64,000 nt of DNA from the human T2T-CHM13v2.0 reference genome, Homo sapiens. The notes under the pieces are model-generated. The model did no database searches and had not been told where the DNA came from. It worked only from the letters and a program-made list of their open reading frames with translations. The translations under genes were made by a program, and so were the position numbers. The number at the start of each line of letters is the position of its first letter. Position 1 is the first letter of the stretch. Where the stretch lies: the NCBI RefSeq assembly GCF_009914755.1, contig NC_060926.1; one strand, written 5' to 3'. Below are positions 61,896 through 64,000 of the stretch, piece after piece.

Positions 61896-62478
61896 TGTAG
61901 AGGCAAAGGAAAAAACTTTTACCTTCACTCTCTGAAGGTTCACTTAAAAGTTAATTGATAAAAGGCAAATTAGTATGAGAAATGACATACAAATTTATTA
62001 GCGTGCAGGGAGGAAAAATCACAGAGCCATTACTCCACCACACAATGAGGTACAGATTTTTATATATCCTTTGTCTTAGGGGAAAGTGAGATGGGGAAGT
62101 GTGGATGATTTTAAGCAAGGAGAGTAAATGATTGTAGGGAAATGCAATGGGCTTGGAGAACATAAAATGGCCTGGGACAAAGTCTGTTGGGCCTGCAGAA
62201 GAGGCAATGGTTTTGAAAAAAGTTTGTCCAGGTATGTTGACAGATTTCAGTCTTTCTTCCTGTCATATGAGTTCAGTTAATGAAAACTCAGGGAAGGGAC
62301 CAGAGGTAATTGTTTTCTTCTTTGGTGGATCTGAACTTTAACCAGAAAAGGGAATTTCAGAGACCAACTTCATCCAGTGTTTTGGAAGAGATGGAGGGGA
62401 GAGAGACCTTGAGGCTTCTTTTTCAGTTCATCATGTTAAAATGCCATATTTTGGAGTATCAGTTTCTGAGCCCTAACA
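61896..62478 (-). mobile_element. ERV1 solo LTR (MER39-like)
   Basis: The minus strand begins TGTTAGGGCTCAGAAACTGATACTCCAAAATATGGCATTTTAACATGATGAACTGAAAAAGAAGCCTCAAGGTCTCTC and ends ...CCTCTACA. Confidence 0.75.
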
Positions 62479-62689
62479 TTGTGTACATGCATGTATATGT
62501 GTGTTTACGTGTTCATCATAAATTTAGAGGCTAAATACAACTTTAAGGTGAAACGCTAGGGTGTATGCCTATGATGAATTACTATGGAGCAATTAGAAAT
62601 AGATATCTACAAACTAACATGAATGGTTCCCATTAACACAGTTTTAAGTAAAAAAGTATGATCAACTCACCTTAAATCTGAAATGAATA

Positions 62690-63376
62690 AAGTCAGGTGC
62701 TGCATAAAAATATTTAGGTCAACAATCAGCTGTACAAATGTATATGACAGTGGTCCCATAATATTGCAACATCATATTTTACTGTACCTTTTCTATGTTT
62801 AAATGTTTAGATACATAAATACTTACCATTGTGTTACAATTGCCTATAGCATTCAGTACAGTAACATGCTATACAGGTTTGCAGTCTGGGAACAATAGGC
62901 TATACCATATACCATCAGTCCTCAACCTTTTTGGCACTGGGGACTAGTTTTGTGGAAGACAATTTTTCCATGAACCAGGGTCAGGGTGGGGGATGGTTTC
63001 TGGATGAAACTGTTCTACCTGAAGTCATCAGGCATTGGTTAGAGTCTCATAAGAGGCACACAAGCTAGATTCCTCGCATGTGCAGTTCACAAAAAGGTTT
63101 GCACACCTGTGAGAATCTAATGCCACTACTGATCTGACAGGAAGCGGAGCTCAGGCAGTAATGCTCACCCTTGCCTGCCACTTACCTCAGCCCAGTTTCT
63201 AACAGGCCACGGACCAGCACCGGTCTGTGGACTGGGGTTGGGACCCCTGCCATAGGTGTGTAATAGGCTGTATCATCTGGCTTTGTGTTTGGTACACTCT
63301 ATGATGTCTGCACAATGACAAAATCACCTAATAATACATTTTGTAGAACAAATCCCCATTAAGTGACCCAGATCTA
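62690..63376 (+). mobile_element. Tigger3a/MER7A-like DNA transposon, split by MER1B
   Basis: 'GACAGTGGTCCCATAA...TTTTACTGTACCTTTTCTATGTTT...CCATTGTGTTACAATTGCCTA'; resumes after 63249 with 'TAGGTGTGTAATAGGCTGTATCATCT'. Confidence 0.82.
62913..63249. mobile_element. MER1B-like hAT (Charlie) element
   Basis: Terminal inverted repeats CATCAGTCCTCAACC / GGTTGGGACCCCTG; internal 'GTGGAAGACAATTTTTCCA'. Confidence 0.85.
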
Positions 63377-63427
63377 TAATTTAAAATAACAGTGGGAAAC
63401 CAAACTAGTATAATAAACTCATTTCCA

Positions 63428-63782
<355 letters not shown>

Positions 63783-64000
63783 TTAATAATTTCCTGCATA
63801 TTATTTATCTGTTTTTTGTTTTGAATGTTGTATATTTTTCTCAAATGATTACCAATTTCTTAGTTTTATATATTGAACTCTTTATTGAATAAAATCTTTG
63901 ATCTCATTTTATTTATTTTTCCCACTTGGGTAATTGATTAAGAATGTATTCTCTGCTAGGTTACAATAATATTCTCCTGCACATCCTTTTAACTTTATGG

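Overview
AT-rich primate genomic DNA, almost certainly human because it carries human-specific L1HS-Ta and AluYb elements. The window is non-coding: no host protein-coding exon is recognisable, so it is a large intron or intergenic region dominated by transposable elements. The centrepiece is a full-length (~6.0 kb) minus-strand L1HS Ta-0 element at 28354-34370. It has a perfect 19-bp target-site duplication (TSD), a 46-bp 3' transduction with its own AATAAA and second poly(A) tail, and three extra 5' bases. ORF1 is open but carries R159C and T83P, ORF2 has a single nonsense mutation (S1186*), and ORF0 is broken (R25*). The rest contains about 14 Alus/FLAMs (including a young AluYb and a close inverted pair), two 5'-inverted (twin-primed) L1s, an old 5'-half L1 with nested MLT2A and THE1 LTRs, several MaLR/ERV1 LTRs, Tigger/MER DNA transposons and a 35-nt U2 snRNA retrocopy. 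There is also an 80-bp minisatellite inside an LTR, a fold-back palindrome in an L1 3'UTR, and a 90-bp local templated duplication that captured the first bases of an Alu. I found no evidence of a new gene system; the notable signals are retrotransposition and repair scars. Repeat subfamily names come from recalled consensus sequences and should be confirmed with RepeatMasker/Dfam.
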